Part shown: piece by piece, positions 1 through 8,279 of the stretch
Layout of the letters: each line of letters begins with the position of its first letter
How positions within the stretch are numbered: the stretch's first letter is position 1
From: a virus
IMG/VR virus record: IMGVR_UViG_3300043540_000321
Span: 64,001 to 128,000 of that record
Reading direction: 5' to 3' (one strand)
Length of the DNA stretch: 64,000 nucleotides
Made by a program: the position numbers and the translations under genes
Notes under the pieces: generated by a model
Told to the model about the DNA's origin: nothing
Databases searched by the model: none
The model's input: only the letters and a program-made list of their open reading frames with translations

Positions 1-1614
1 TGTCGTCTTGGCTACCCCGGCTACCGTCGCATAGAGCTGCGTCGCCATCTTCTCAGCCGGACCGGCCCCAGGGGCAGCCTGGTACTGAGTCCCCATCATT
101 CGGTTGACAGACCCCCGGTCTTTCTTCTCCTGCTCCTTTCGCTTTTCACGGTACTCATCGAAACCTAGCGCCCAGTCGATGAAACGACCCGCTCCAGTTA
201 CAGCCGAGCCGATGAACCCGAAACCATTCTGGTAAGCATTAGCTCCAAAAACTTTATTAATTAAGTAACCCAACCCGGGCTGAGAAATTTCTTTGTCCAT
301 CTGTAAGATGGCACCTGGCACCTTTAGCTCCCCGGTTCTGGCTCGGTACAAGTCAGCGTAGATGCTCACCTTTGGAAGGTGTTTAGCTCCCAAAAATCGT
401 GTGAAGAACTCCTGGTCCATCACCGTTGGGAAGTAAGGCATCTCTGGCTCCAGACCCTTGTTCTGCGATCGTTTGGTCGCATAGTTCGTGATAGGGTCAG
501 AAGTGGGAGACATCACCTTGTACAGCTCGCCGCTCCCGAGTAAATACATTCGGCGCTCGATACCATTCATCGGTTGGGCATCGCCGCGAGCGTGATACTC
601 AATCAGTTGGTAGTCCTTCTCCATAGAGCCTAAGTAGCCCTGGAGTTGCCGAGCCAGCTCCGGATTATTAAGAGCCAGCAGGAGGTCTACAGACCTGTCC
701 TGTGTAGCAGCAGAGGTAAAGTTGTGTGAGCCCAGGAAGAGGGTGCCTCTATCTCTTCCGACGATAGATAAAGCCTTTGTGTGGAGGAGTAGAGGGTCCT
801 GCGCCTTAGGCATCACCACTTTAATGCCGGCTGCCGACAGTTGACTCATCGCCACCCGGTGCGTCCATGTATCTGTGGTTGCTCGAGGGTATTTACTGTC
901 GGGGTTAGAAGTGATGACTGTAACGTTAGCCCCTTTCTTCCGGGCCTCAATTAAAGACGCTACGATCTTGGGGTCGTCCAGGTACGGACCTGAAATCGTT
1001 ACCGACTCTCCTCGTTTGGTTCTTAATAAATTTGCAACAACGACATCGGTAGCCTGCCCACCGACCAGGACATTCCGGTGAGAGTACGGAATTTCTCCTT
1101 TAAGTGCTGTTGCCTGAACCTCTGCCAAACTCCTTACAGTTTGTGGGTCGCGGATGGCGACGGTTAGGTTGGTTTCAAAGACTTCCTTGGACGCGGACGC
1201 CCCGATTTGCCGAATGCGTTCGCGCAGATCTCTAGGAGCTTGAGCCAGACCGTATTTTGAGAGGTTCCCGGTAGAGATAAAAGCGACCGGGTCGCCTTCT
1301 GATGTCGCCACATAAGTTTTCATGTGGATACGACGCTGTTGTGAAGGGTCGGAGTAAAGCTCGATACCAACTCCTCTTTGAGCTTCCTCTCGCGCAAAGG
1401 CTAAAGTGCGGTCGCCTTCCTCCGTCTGGTTACCAAAATTGACAACCAGTCTACCAGCGGCAGGATTGAGTAGATTCCGATCGTAGGGGACAGAGTAGAG
1501 AGTCGCGGTCATCGAGCCGCGGTCGGCCATAGACAAAAAACGCCGAGTCTCTTCCCCGGCGTCATCACTTAACGCGAAGCGACGAAAACGGTCTCTCTCG
1601 TTTAAGGTCTCCAT
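1..1614 (-). CDS. 5'-complete, 3'-truncated large protein with tandem N-terminal PLD-superfamily domains; probable virion/ejected or tape-measure-like protein
   Basis: Not in the ORF track because there is no stop in the window. ATG at 1614 (METLNERDRF...) overlaps the stop of 1602..2240. The motif-bearing and 3'-most segments I translated are open in this frame. Motifs RIHMKTYVATSEGDPVAFISTGNL (H97) and LLHTKALSIVGRDRGTLFLGSHNFT (H278); later GFGFIGSAVTGAGRFIDWALG resembles tape-measure amphipathic helices. Confidence 0.75.
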   Translation of the reverse strand, partial: METLNERDRFRRFALSDDAGEETRRFLSMADRGSMTATLYSVPYDRNLLNPAAGRLVVNFGNQTEEGDRTLAFAREEAQRGVGIELYSDPSQQRRIHMKTYVATSEGDPVAFISTGNLSKYGLAQAPRDLRERIRQIGASASKEVFETNLTVAIRDPQTVRSLAEVQATALKGEIPYSHRNVLVGGQATDVVVANLLRTKRGESVTISGPYLDDPKIVASLIEARKKGANVTVITSNPDSKYPRATTDTWTHRVAMSQLSAAGIKVVMPKAQDPLLLHTKALSIVGRDRGTLFLGSHNFTSAATQDRSVDLLLALNNPELARQLQGYLGSMEKDYQLIEYHARGDAQPMNGIERRMYLLGSGELYKVMSPTSDPITNYATKRSQNKGLEPEMPYFPTVMDQEFFTRFLGAKHLPKVSIYADLYRARTGELKVPGAILQMDKEISQPGLGYLINKVFGANAYQNGFGFIGSAVTGAGRFIDWALGFDEYREKRKEQEKKDRGSVNRMMGTQYQAAPGAGPAEKMATQLYATVAGVAKTT

Positions 1615-2240
1615 CGTCTATACGTCTTCTCCGGCTGAGAAATCAGGTCGGCCAGGGTTGCCGCTGCTCGATAGATCACTTCATATTGGGTTCCATTATC
1701 AGGAGGATTGTCGATCCACTTGATGTACTGGTTATCGATGAGTTGCCAGGTACCGGAGTGTCCGATCGCTAGGATTTCAAAGACGGCACCCTGAGTCAGG
1801 ATACAGTCCATGCCCGCGTTGTCGTCATGGATAAGTGTTGTCTTCGTTACACTAGGCACGATCGGCACCGTCCAGGTCATCGTCTCGATGGGAACATGCA
1901 CATTCCGCCCCTGACAGATCTCCACTGTGTAGTAGCTCGACGGAATAAAGACTTCAGAGGGGACGAGCTGCATTTTCACAATCCCATTAGATGGAATGTG
2001 GACAATCGAGGTCGCGGGCAAAACTTGCTCCATCCCCGGCAATCTGGTCGTCGGGTTCTTAATTCTCAAGTAGTAGGGAATATCCTTTCGCTCAGGCTCA
2101 ACAATAGACCCGTCATCCCCAACCAACTGAATCGCCGGTACGAACTTGGCGATTATGGGCGTATATCCAAATCGATAAAGGAATGGAGTAATCCCATACG
2201 GTCTATAAACATCTGGTGGAATCGGGTAAGAGTAGGTCAT
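1602..2240 (-). CDS. hypothetical protein, beta-rich, probably virion-associated
   Basis: 212-aa ORF, translationally coupled to terminase (4-nt overlap) and to the downstream PLD gene; no recognisable motif. Confidence 0.55.
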   Translation of the reverse strand: MTYSYPIPPDVYRPYGITPFLYRFGYTPIIAKFVPAIQLVGDDGSIVEPERKDIPYYLRIKNPTTRLPGMEQVLPATSIVHIPSNGIVKMQLVPSEVFIPSSYYTVEICQGRNVHVPIETMTWTVPIVPSVTKTTLIHDDNAGMDCILTQGAVFEILAIGHSGTWQLIDNQYIKWIDNPPDNGTQYEVIYRAAATLADLISQPEKTYRRWRP

Positions 2241-4051
2241 AGTCCAAAGTCATAAGGGTCTGTGTAGAAGTTTGATCCGCCTCGCGGTTTCCTGAAGTTG
2301 CGCCGACGGGCAGCGATCGCCGCATTTAACTTCTCTCTCGCTTGTGGTTGCATTCCGTAACGCTCATTAAGGAGGTGGGCTGTTTTCGATGAGCGAGCCG
2401 CTCGCGTGACCTGAACTCCCTGCCCGATCATCCCGGCGGCCTGGTCTCGCATAATGCGATCGCACAGCGTCCAGCAGACAGAGACAATCGCATCCGCCAT
2501 ATCCTTACTACCGCCCGGAGCATGATCTATCTTCATCCCTCTAATGAGGCGAACGGTGACCAATTCTGACAATGCTACTGAGCTGAACGGTGAGTCAGCC
2601 GGTAGGATCAACCGCCCTTCATGCAGAAGAGTTCGAGCAAGCGAGTACATTGAGTACTGCAGCCGGTTGGAGAAAAACCGGGCCTCTGCCGGTATTCCGT
2701 GCTGCCGAACCCGTTGCATGGTCTCCGCACTGTTATAGTGGTCGGCTGAGACGAACTGGAGCGGGCGCTTCTCGTGAATGCCCAGGATGACATCTAGAAC
2801 ATTGGTGATGCTGACCTGAGCCTGGTAAGTAGGCTCCCACGCTATTAGACCGTCGATCACGACAATCTGCAGGTCATTGTCATTAAACTCGTTGTGCCCG
2901 AACGCAAGAGCATAGGCATCTGTATTAATGCTGGGGTCGAGGTGGGCCACGGACAGAACAGTTGCTTTCTCAATCGAGATAATGCGGTTCTTAACCAGGT
3001 TGTACCCACCCTCCTCTTCGATGTAGGTCTCAGTGTTGATGCGGTTGGCTCCTCGGAATCCCGCCTGGACTTCTTCGGTATTAAAGAAGGGATTCTCAAC
3101 AGGCTTCCGCAGACCTTCAAATTCTAGAGCAGCCTGTGCCGGGTCAGTTGCATATTCTGAAGCGACCACTGGGTTGTCGCGGGCCGCGTGGATGGGGTTG
3201 ACATCCCACGAGCGCAGACGAAATCCGAGGGATATCGCGTCCAGTTCCGATGCGGCGTACAATCTCTGGATCGCATCGCCCTCATACCAGGCAGAGGACA
3301 ATGCGATCCGCATTGCATCTTCTTTGAAGGTTGTGGTGGCAATACCCAGGTTGCTCCACAGCTCCATCGCGTTGGAGTTCCCATCGGTATCTCGGAAGCG
3401 GGCAGCCTCGTCCAGAACCAGAGCTTTAACCGTACCTCCAACCTGTGCTGAGGACTGGCTGTTACCGGAGTAGATGTAGAGGAGTTTCTCCTCCAGCGAG
3501 ATATACTCCTTTCCGATGAAGAGCTTACCTTGCTCTTGTAGTCGCTTAAAGTATTTGCCATCCCGAATCACACCGCAGACAGCATTGAAAATAGTCCGTT
3601 TCCCCTGAGTCGCCGTTGTGGCGAGCACAATAATAGAGATGGAGGTTGACCGAGCGATACCGTAGTACTCCTGGGGAGACTTCAGCCGACAGAGCTTATA
3701 GAACTCGTAGGCGATGATGATACTCGCGATGGTCGATTTTCCGCTCCGTCGTCCCGACTCAAGGACAAGAAACTGATAGCGCTGTCCGGGTTCCCAGGTT
3801 GTTCGCTTCTGAGATTTCCAATACTCAACGACGGACATCTCTTCGTCCGTCAGCTCGAGGTTGTAGTAGGTCTTCAGAATTGTTCGCTGCTGAAGCGTCA
3901 GCTCAATCCCCAAGTCCAGCTCGTATTTAATAAAGTCGAGGATGTTATAGATACCATCCGCCGACTCGTCAATCTTTTCAGATAGGTCATGAACGAAGTC
4001 TGAAAAGATGTTACCGAAACTGAGTTCCTGATTAGACTTACGTGGCGGCAT
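2237..4051 (-). CDS. terL: terminase large subunit
   Basis: Walker A region FLVLESGRRSGKST, Walker B LVLDEAA, C-terminal RNase H-like nuclease motifs AHLDPSINTDAYAL and KIDHAPGGSKDMADAI; 604 aa. Confidence 0.93.
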   Translation of the reverse strand: MPPRKSNQELSFGNIFSDFVHDLSEKIDESADGIYNILDFIKYELDLGIELTLQQRTILKTYYNLELTDEEMSVVEYWKSQKRTTWEPGQRYQFLVLESGRRSGKSTIASIIIAYEFYKLCRLKSPQEYYGIARSTSISIIVLATTATQGKRTIFNAVCGVIRDGKYFKRLQEQGKLFIGKEYISLEEKLLYIYSGNSQSSAQVGGTVKALVLDEAARFRDTDGNSNAMELWSNLGIATTTFKEDAMRIALSSAWYEGDAIQRLYAASELDAISLGFRLRSWDVNPIHAARDNPVVASEYATDPAQAALEFEGLRKPVENPFFNTEEVQAGFRGANRINTETYIEEEGGYNLVKNRIISIEKATVLSVAHLDPSINTDAYALAFGHNEFNDNDLQIVVIDGLIAWEPTYQAQVSITNVLDVILGIHEKRPLQFVSADHYNSAETMQRVRQHGIPAEARFFSNRLQYSMYSLARTLLHEGRLILPADSPFSSVALSELVTVRLIRGMKIDHAPGGSKDMADAIVSVCWTLCDRIMRDQAAGMIGQGVQVTRAARSSKTAHLLNERYGMQPQAREKLNAAIAARRRNFRKPRGGSNFYTDPYDFGL

Positions 4052-4060
4052 CTCTCCCCC

Positions 4061-4702
4061 TTACATAGAGACTGCCGACTTCGCAAGGTAGATAGTGTAG
4101 TGGAAAGTCGTCTTTGGACTAACGTTGGACAGGACTAGAAAAAGGTTGCTCCCCTTCAAAAAACTGGCCCGTTCAACAACGGACTCATCATTAATTCGAG
4201 GAGAGCAGTCGAGTGCGCCAGAGCTACACATTGTAGAGACCTGAAAGAGAATGCCGTCCCACGGAATATTCAGCGCGATGGGATAGGCGACCGCCTGAGG
4301 GTTGATAATAGTTCCCGATAGAATCTCGCTATCGTACGTCGGAATCTGCCCGCCAAAGGTCAAGTCAGAAACACCCTGAGTCCTGACAAGAGGGTCTCCC
4401 TCTTGTACTTGTAAGAGGTCAATTTTCCTACCGCTGAAGCTCAACTCAACTTCTACAGCACTAGAGAGGGCGGGGTTAGATAGTAAGATCTCGGACTGAG
4501 TCAACTGGAGAACGTAGGTGTCGGGCGGAAAGAGTTCCGTCTTCTCCAGCAGGTCTCCGGACGAGATTCCATAGGACAGAAAGTCTCTGTTAATAGATGT
4601 TCCCGTGAGAGTAACTTCGCCAAAGTCGGGCACCCCAGAACTTCCTTGCTCTATCAAGGGAGCTTTCGATTTTGAAGTGGCCTTCGGTCTGGCTTTCCGC
4701 AT
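4061..4702 (-). CDS. hypothetical virion protein
   Basis: 213-aa ORF tightly packed in the structural operon; beta-rich. Confidence 0.5.
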   Translation of the reverse strand: MRKARPKATSKSKAPLIEQGSSGVPDFGEVTLTGTSINRDFLSYGISSGDLLEKTELFPPDTYVLQLTQSEILLSNPALSSAVEVELSFSGRKIDLLQVQEGDPLVRTQGVSDLTFGGQIPTYDSEILSGTIINPQAVAYPIALNIPWDGILFQVSTMCSSGALDCSPRINDESVVERASFLKGSNLFLVLSNVSPKTTFHYTIYLAKSAVSM

Positions 4703-4710
4703 ACCTGTGT

Positions 4711-5100
4711 TTAGAGTTCTGTAAGAACGATTTGACCCGGAGCAATCGTAAAGATGTCTCCCGCGCTCAGGGTTTTAGTGAGTGTCCACGCCCCTGTATA
4801 CAGAGGGTTTGCCGCATTGGTATTGCCGTCGAATAAAGCAAAGTACGAAATATTCCACGTCTGGCCGTTCGGTACCGCCGCCAGTTGAATGGAGTTTGTG
4901 TTGGAGACTTGGTTCCCTGCCCGAGTCCAAGATAAAATCTGGACTAGCGTGGTTATAGGGGAAGGTGAGGAATACGTTAAGTTAGCGCCCGGGTCTGAAC
5001 TGTAGAGAGCCAACCACCATTGGGTTGGCTGGGCGTAAGAAGAACCACCAAAGATATGATTGATCAGAGAGGTCCCCAGAAAATTGCTTTTTCCAGACAT
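4711..5100 (-). CDS. conserved small phage tail/fibre-associated protein
   Basis: SNFLGTSLINHIFGG...WWLALYSSDPG...SYFALFDG...LTKTLSAGDIFTIAPGQIVL pattern typical of a widespread ~130-aa phage tail protein family. Confidence 0.65.
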   Translation of the reverse strand: MSGKSNFLGTSLINHIFGGSSYAQPTQWWLALYSSDPGANLTYSSPSPITTLVQILSWTRAGNQVSNTNSIQLAAVPNGQTWNISYFALFDGNTNAANPLYTGAWTLTKTLSAGDIFTIAPGQIVLTEL

Positions 5101-5179
5101 AGCTTACGGAGAGTGCAAGTCTCTATAAGCCTAGAAAAGAAGCTATATAGAAAAGTAACCAAGCAAAAGACTCGAAACC

Positions 5180-5314
5180 ATGAGAACAGAGTACTTAGTC
5201 AACGGCAACTGGATTGGCTCAGAAGACTTGGTCACTGAGGCAGAAAAAGTCTTCGAGAAGTTATTACGGGAGCTCCCTGTTCGTTGGCTAATCGCAGCCA
5301 ACCAGACCAGTTAG
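5180..5314 (+). CDS. small counter-oriented hypothetical protein (44 aa)
   Basis: ATG 5180 MRTEYLVNGNWIGSEDLVTEAEKVFEKLLRELPVRWLIAANQTS, TAG 5312-5314; fills the gap between two minus-strand genes; below the ORF-track size cutoff. Confidence 0.45.
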   Translation: MRTEYLVNGNWIGSEDLVTEAEKVFEKLLRELPVRWLIAANQTS

Positions 5315-6783
5315 CTGTTGTTGCCCTGAACTACCGCTTTACCCGTACAGGTTGTTTTGGTTGTGGTGACCGTATACTCGTTGTTACCCAGGTAAAGAGG
5401 ACCGCCGAACTCAACAAGGGGTAGTGGCTCGATCGAGAGCATAACATCTGGCATTGGGTGAGACATCCATTCCAGAACATCGTGGGGTGAGTAGACCTTG
5501 GTGATGACGGTCGAGAAGTACTGAATAGACCCGGAGCGCCCGGTAACAACGGCTCTTCCGGTGACTTGAGCTGAGAAGGAGTCTGTAGCTATGAAAGTCG
5601 AGTAGCCTATAGCCCTTCCGGTGATGATACCGGTGCCGTAAGCACGAACGATGCCCTTAGCCGAGGTTACCGCTCTTCCAATGACGAGGGCTGGACTCGA
5701 GACAGAACTTCGACCAAACACAACGGCCCGGCCGACAACTTGTGCTCGACCACTGGAATCGCCTCTGCCTGATATGAATGTCTTTCCTTGAGTAGTCGAA
5801 GCATTTGTGAACTTTCGGTTCACATATCCACGACCGCTCACCACCGCCTTCCCGGTGACTTTATCTGGAACGCTCAAGACAAAATCAGCTTCAACCCGAA
5901 GAGGCAAGTTAGAGGACTTCGGAGCGGTAGATGCTGTTGGAAAGGAACTGGACGTTGGTAACTGAGCTGTATTTGAGCTGGAGAGATTAATAAACCAGGT
6001 GTCGTATTTAGACCGGAGAACTTTTAGCAGCCCAGACCCTTGAAGATTAGCCAGGTCTAACTGGGCAGTGACGCCATCTCTCACGAGAAGAAAACTCCAC
6101 CATCCAGATTGGAAAGGTTGAAGATAAATAGTCTGGTCTGACCCTCGGTGAACTGAAACCTGGATGTCTCGGCTGGCTGCGATCGCATCTTTAGAGAGAG
6201 GCTCCGTCCAGGCTCCCGGAACGAATTGGATAATGACCTCGTCAGTCGGCAGAAGATAGCGACAGGACACAAACAGCTCATTGGGAAGACTGAAGCTCAA
6301 CAGGCTGTTGCGCTCAGCCACCCACTGCCCAATGCGTGCCTTAATCTTTTCGGATTCGAGTTGGTTACAGATCCACAAAAGTCCGATCGTCGGTCCCGTA
6401 TCCGTGTAGAAGTGGATATGCAGGAAAGACCCGTGTTGAGCGTTGAATAAGACTTCAACTTCAGCATCGTCATCTCCGAACAGCCCGGTACTTGAAGCTC
6501 GCTGGTATAGATAGCGGAGCTTGTTGTCCATTACGGTGTAGACGGTCCCGGGTCTATATCCAAAGTCGGTCAGCTCAACCGTTGGGTACCATGCCTTAAC
6601 GACAACGACAAACCCAGGAAAGGTGACGAGATACTCCAAATCTGCGTCCGTCAGCAACTGCAGAACATTATTAATATCCCCAAACGCCAGCGATGCTTCC
6701 TGTATGAACGACACCAGACTGACAGGAATTCGCGTAATGTTCGAAATATTCGTCGAAGAGGTGGGTACGAGAGTATCTGTCAT
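5311..6783 (-). CDS. virion structural protein with C-terminal G(R/K)AVVxGR repeats
   Basis: 490 aa; about 7 repeats such as GKAVVSGRG, GRAVVFGRS, GRAVVTGRS suggest a beta-solenoid/fibre segment; coupled to neighbours. Confidence 0.55.
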   Translation of the reverse strand: MTDTLVPTSSTNISNITRIPVSLVSFIQEASLAFGDINNVLQLLTDADLEYLVTFPGFVVVVKAWYPTVELTDFGYRPGTVYTVMDNKLRYLYQRASSTGLFGDDDAEVEVLFNAQHGSFLHIHFYTDTGPTIGLLWICNQLESEKIKARIGQWVAERNSLLSFSLPNELFVSCRYLLPTDEVIIQFVPGAWTEPLSKDAIAASRDIQVSVHRGSDQTIYLQPFQSGWWSFLLVRDGVTAQLDLANLQGSGLLKVLRSKYDTWFINLSSSNTAQLPTSSSFPTASTAPKSSNLPLRVEADFVLSVPDKVTGKAVVSGRGYVNRKFTNASTTQGKTFISGRGDSSGRAQVVGRAVVFGRSSVSSPALVIGRAVTSAKGIVRAYGTGIITGRAIGYSTFIATDSFSAQVTGRAVVTGRSGSIQYFSTVITKVYSPHDVLEWMSHPMPDVMLSIEPLPLVEFGGPLYLGNNEYTVTTTKTTCTGKAVVQGNNS

Positions 6784-7730
6784 GTTCCGGGTGCCGAAGT
6801 AGGACTGGATGTCGGTCGACTAACCGACGTGGAAATTGTAAGGGACGGGTAGTTTGTCCCCAAAACCATAGAATTATTTTTAGTTAGAAGTAATTGGATC
6901 TCATAAAAAACGCGGTCGGTGCGAACAAGGAACAGGTCAAATAACTTTATCAGCCCGGTGTATCTCAGCTCCTCGTTATAGTTTGAGGTCAGGCTGCCGA
7001 CATTAATGGTGACGGTCACTTCTCGATTGGCGTTAACAACCTGATCCTGAAATGACTGGGCTGTACTCAGTGCCGAAGGGGTGCGAAGTGCGGGGAAATT
7101 CCCTGGGCTACCGTAGAGAACACTGTCTGGAGAAGTCGGCGTAGACCCCTCAGTACCGACGAACAAACCGACCAGGGTCAGGAGGGTATCTTCTATGCCG
7201 AGCGGCTGATAAACCGGGAAACTTCCTGGAATCATAAACCGTTTCAAGTTCATCTGCTGCTTTATTGATATCCCCGGTCTGACTCGCGGGACATCTCTGA
7301 TGATATGAGCCCTAAAGTTTGTCTCGATCGCGGGTAACAGGCTGAAGTAATAGGTCTGAGGTGTCCCGGTTGAATCGACATACGCGACACTGAAACCGGT
7401 GGATTTGTTGAAGCTAAGACCGGGGTCGAGAACCTGTCCGTTAGTCGTTGAGACAGGATAAGGAGTGAGCTCTGCTGATGGATTCTTGTAGAGGGATAGC
7501 GCGGAACCAAGTCCGAGAGGGCCGGCTGCTGGAAACCAGGTCGGACTGTAGGGGGCTGGTTTAACAATCTGCTGTGTGACCGTATTTGCAGACAGCCCAG
7601 ATGTCCCAGACGTTGGTTTAGGAACCAAGTCAGCCTGCTGAAGCTCGCTCACGATAGTACTGAGAGGGAGCGAAGACTGCCCTCCCAGGTAACCATACAG
7701 CACTGAAGCTATCTGAGCGATATCCGACAT
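6780..7730 (-). CDS. baseplate/tail-tube initiator-like protein (P2 gpU-like, tentative)
   Basis: C-terminal IKQQMNLKRFMIPGSFPVYQPLGIEDTLLTLVGLF resembles tube-initiator proteins; baseplate context. Confidence 0.4.
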   Translation of the reverse strand: MSDIAQIASVLYGYLGGQSSLPLSTIVSELQQADLVPKPTSGTSGLSANTVTQQIVKPAPYSPTWFPAAGPLGLGSALSLYKNPSAELTPYPVSTTNGQVLDPGLSFNKSTGFSVAYVDSTGTPQTYYFSLLPAIETNFRAHIIRDVPRVRPGISIKQQMNLKRFMIPGSFPVYQPLGIEDTLLTLVGLFVGTEGSTPTSPDSVLYGSPGNFPALRTPSALSTAQSFQDQVVNANREVTVTINVGSLTSNYNEELRYTGLIKLFDLFLVRTDRVFYEIQLLLTKNNSMVLGTNYPSLTISTSVSRPTSSPTSAPGT

Positions 7731-7731
7731 T

Positions 7732-8277
7732 TCAATACTCCCGAATCATTTGAATGACGTGGTCCGAGTTTCCAGTAAATGTAACTGGAGAGTGGACGCT
7801 TATCCTCTCTACGAAATAAGAGGTGACATTTGCGGGCGCAACAAAGACTCCCGGACCTAGATTGGGCAAGTTGATGCCGACGATATTCAAGTCAGAGCAG
7901 AGCGCTCGAATTCGATAACTGCTACCTGGAGTAATATTCGTACTGCGAATAACGGTCTCCAGGAACACGGTGTTGGCCTTTGCGCTGACCAGGCTGTTGT
8001 AAGAAGACTGATAATCTATTGAAGTGAATCGTCCAGACGCCGTGTAGATCAAACCGCTTGCGTCGGGGTAGACCAAAGCGCAGGTATGCACATACCAGAA
8101 TCCTAAGATCTCCGGTATTTGATTGACGGAGGGAGGCGGGTAGGGCGGGCTGTTGTCATCCGGCCAAGCAGAAGTCTTCCCGATAGCGACCCAGTACCCA
8201 GTTGGAGAGGAGTAGTATCTCTTCACAAAGTCTGAGGCTGTCCGGCAACGCGCTTGGATTGTGGTAACTTCTGCCAT
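7732..8277 (-). CDS. baseplate wedge-like protein
   Basis: YWVAIGKTSAWPDDNSPPYPPP motif typical of myovirus wedge proteins (T4 gp8-like N-terminus); follows the J and I-like genes. Confidence 0.55.
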   Translation of the reverse strand: MAEVTTIQARCRTASDFVKRYYSSPTGYWVAIGKTSAWPDDNSPPYPPPSVNQIPEILGFWYVHTCALVYPDASGLIYTASGRFTSIDYQSSYNSLVSAKANTVFLETVIRSTNITPGSSYRIRALCSDLNIVGINLPNLGPGVFVAPANVTSYFVERISVHSPVTFTGNSDHVIQMIREY

Positions 8278-8279
8278 AG

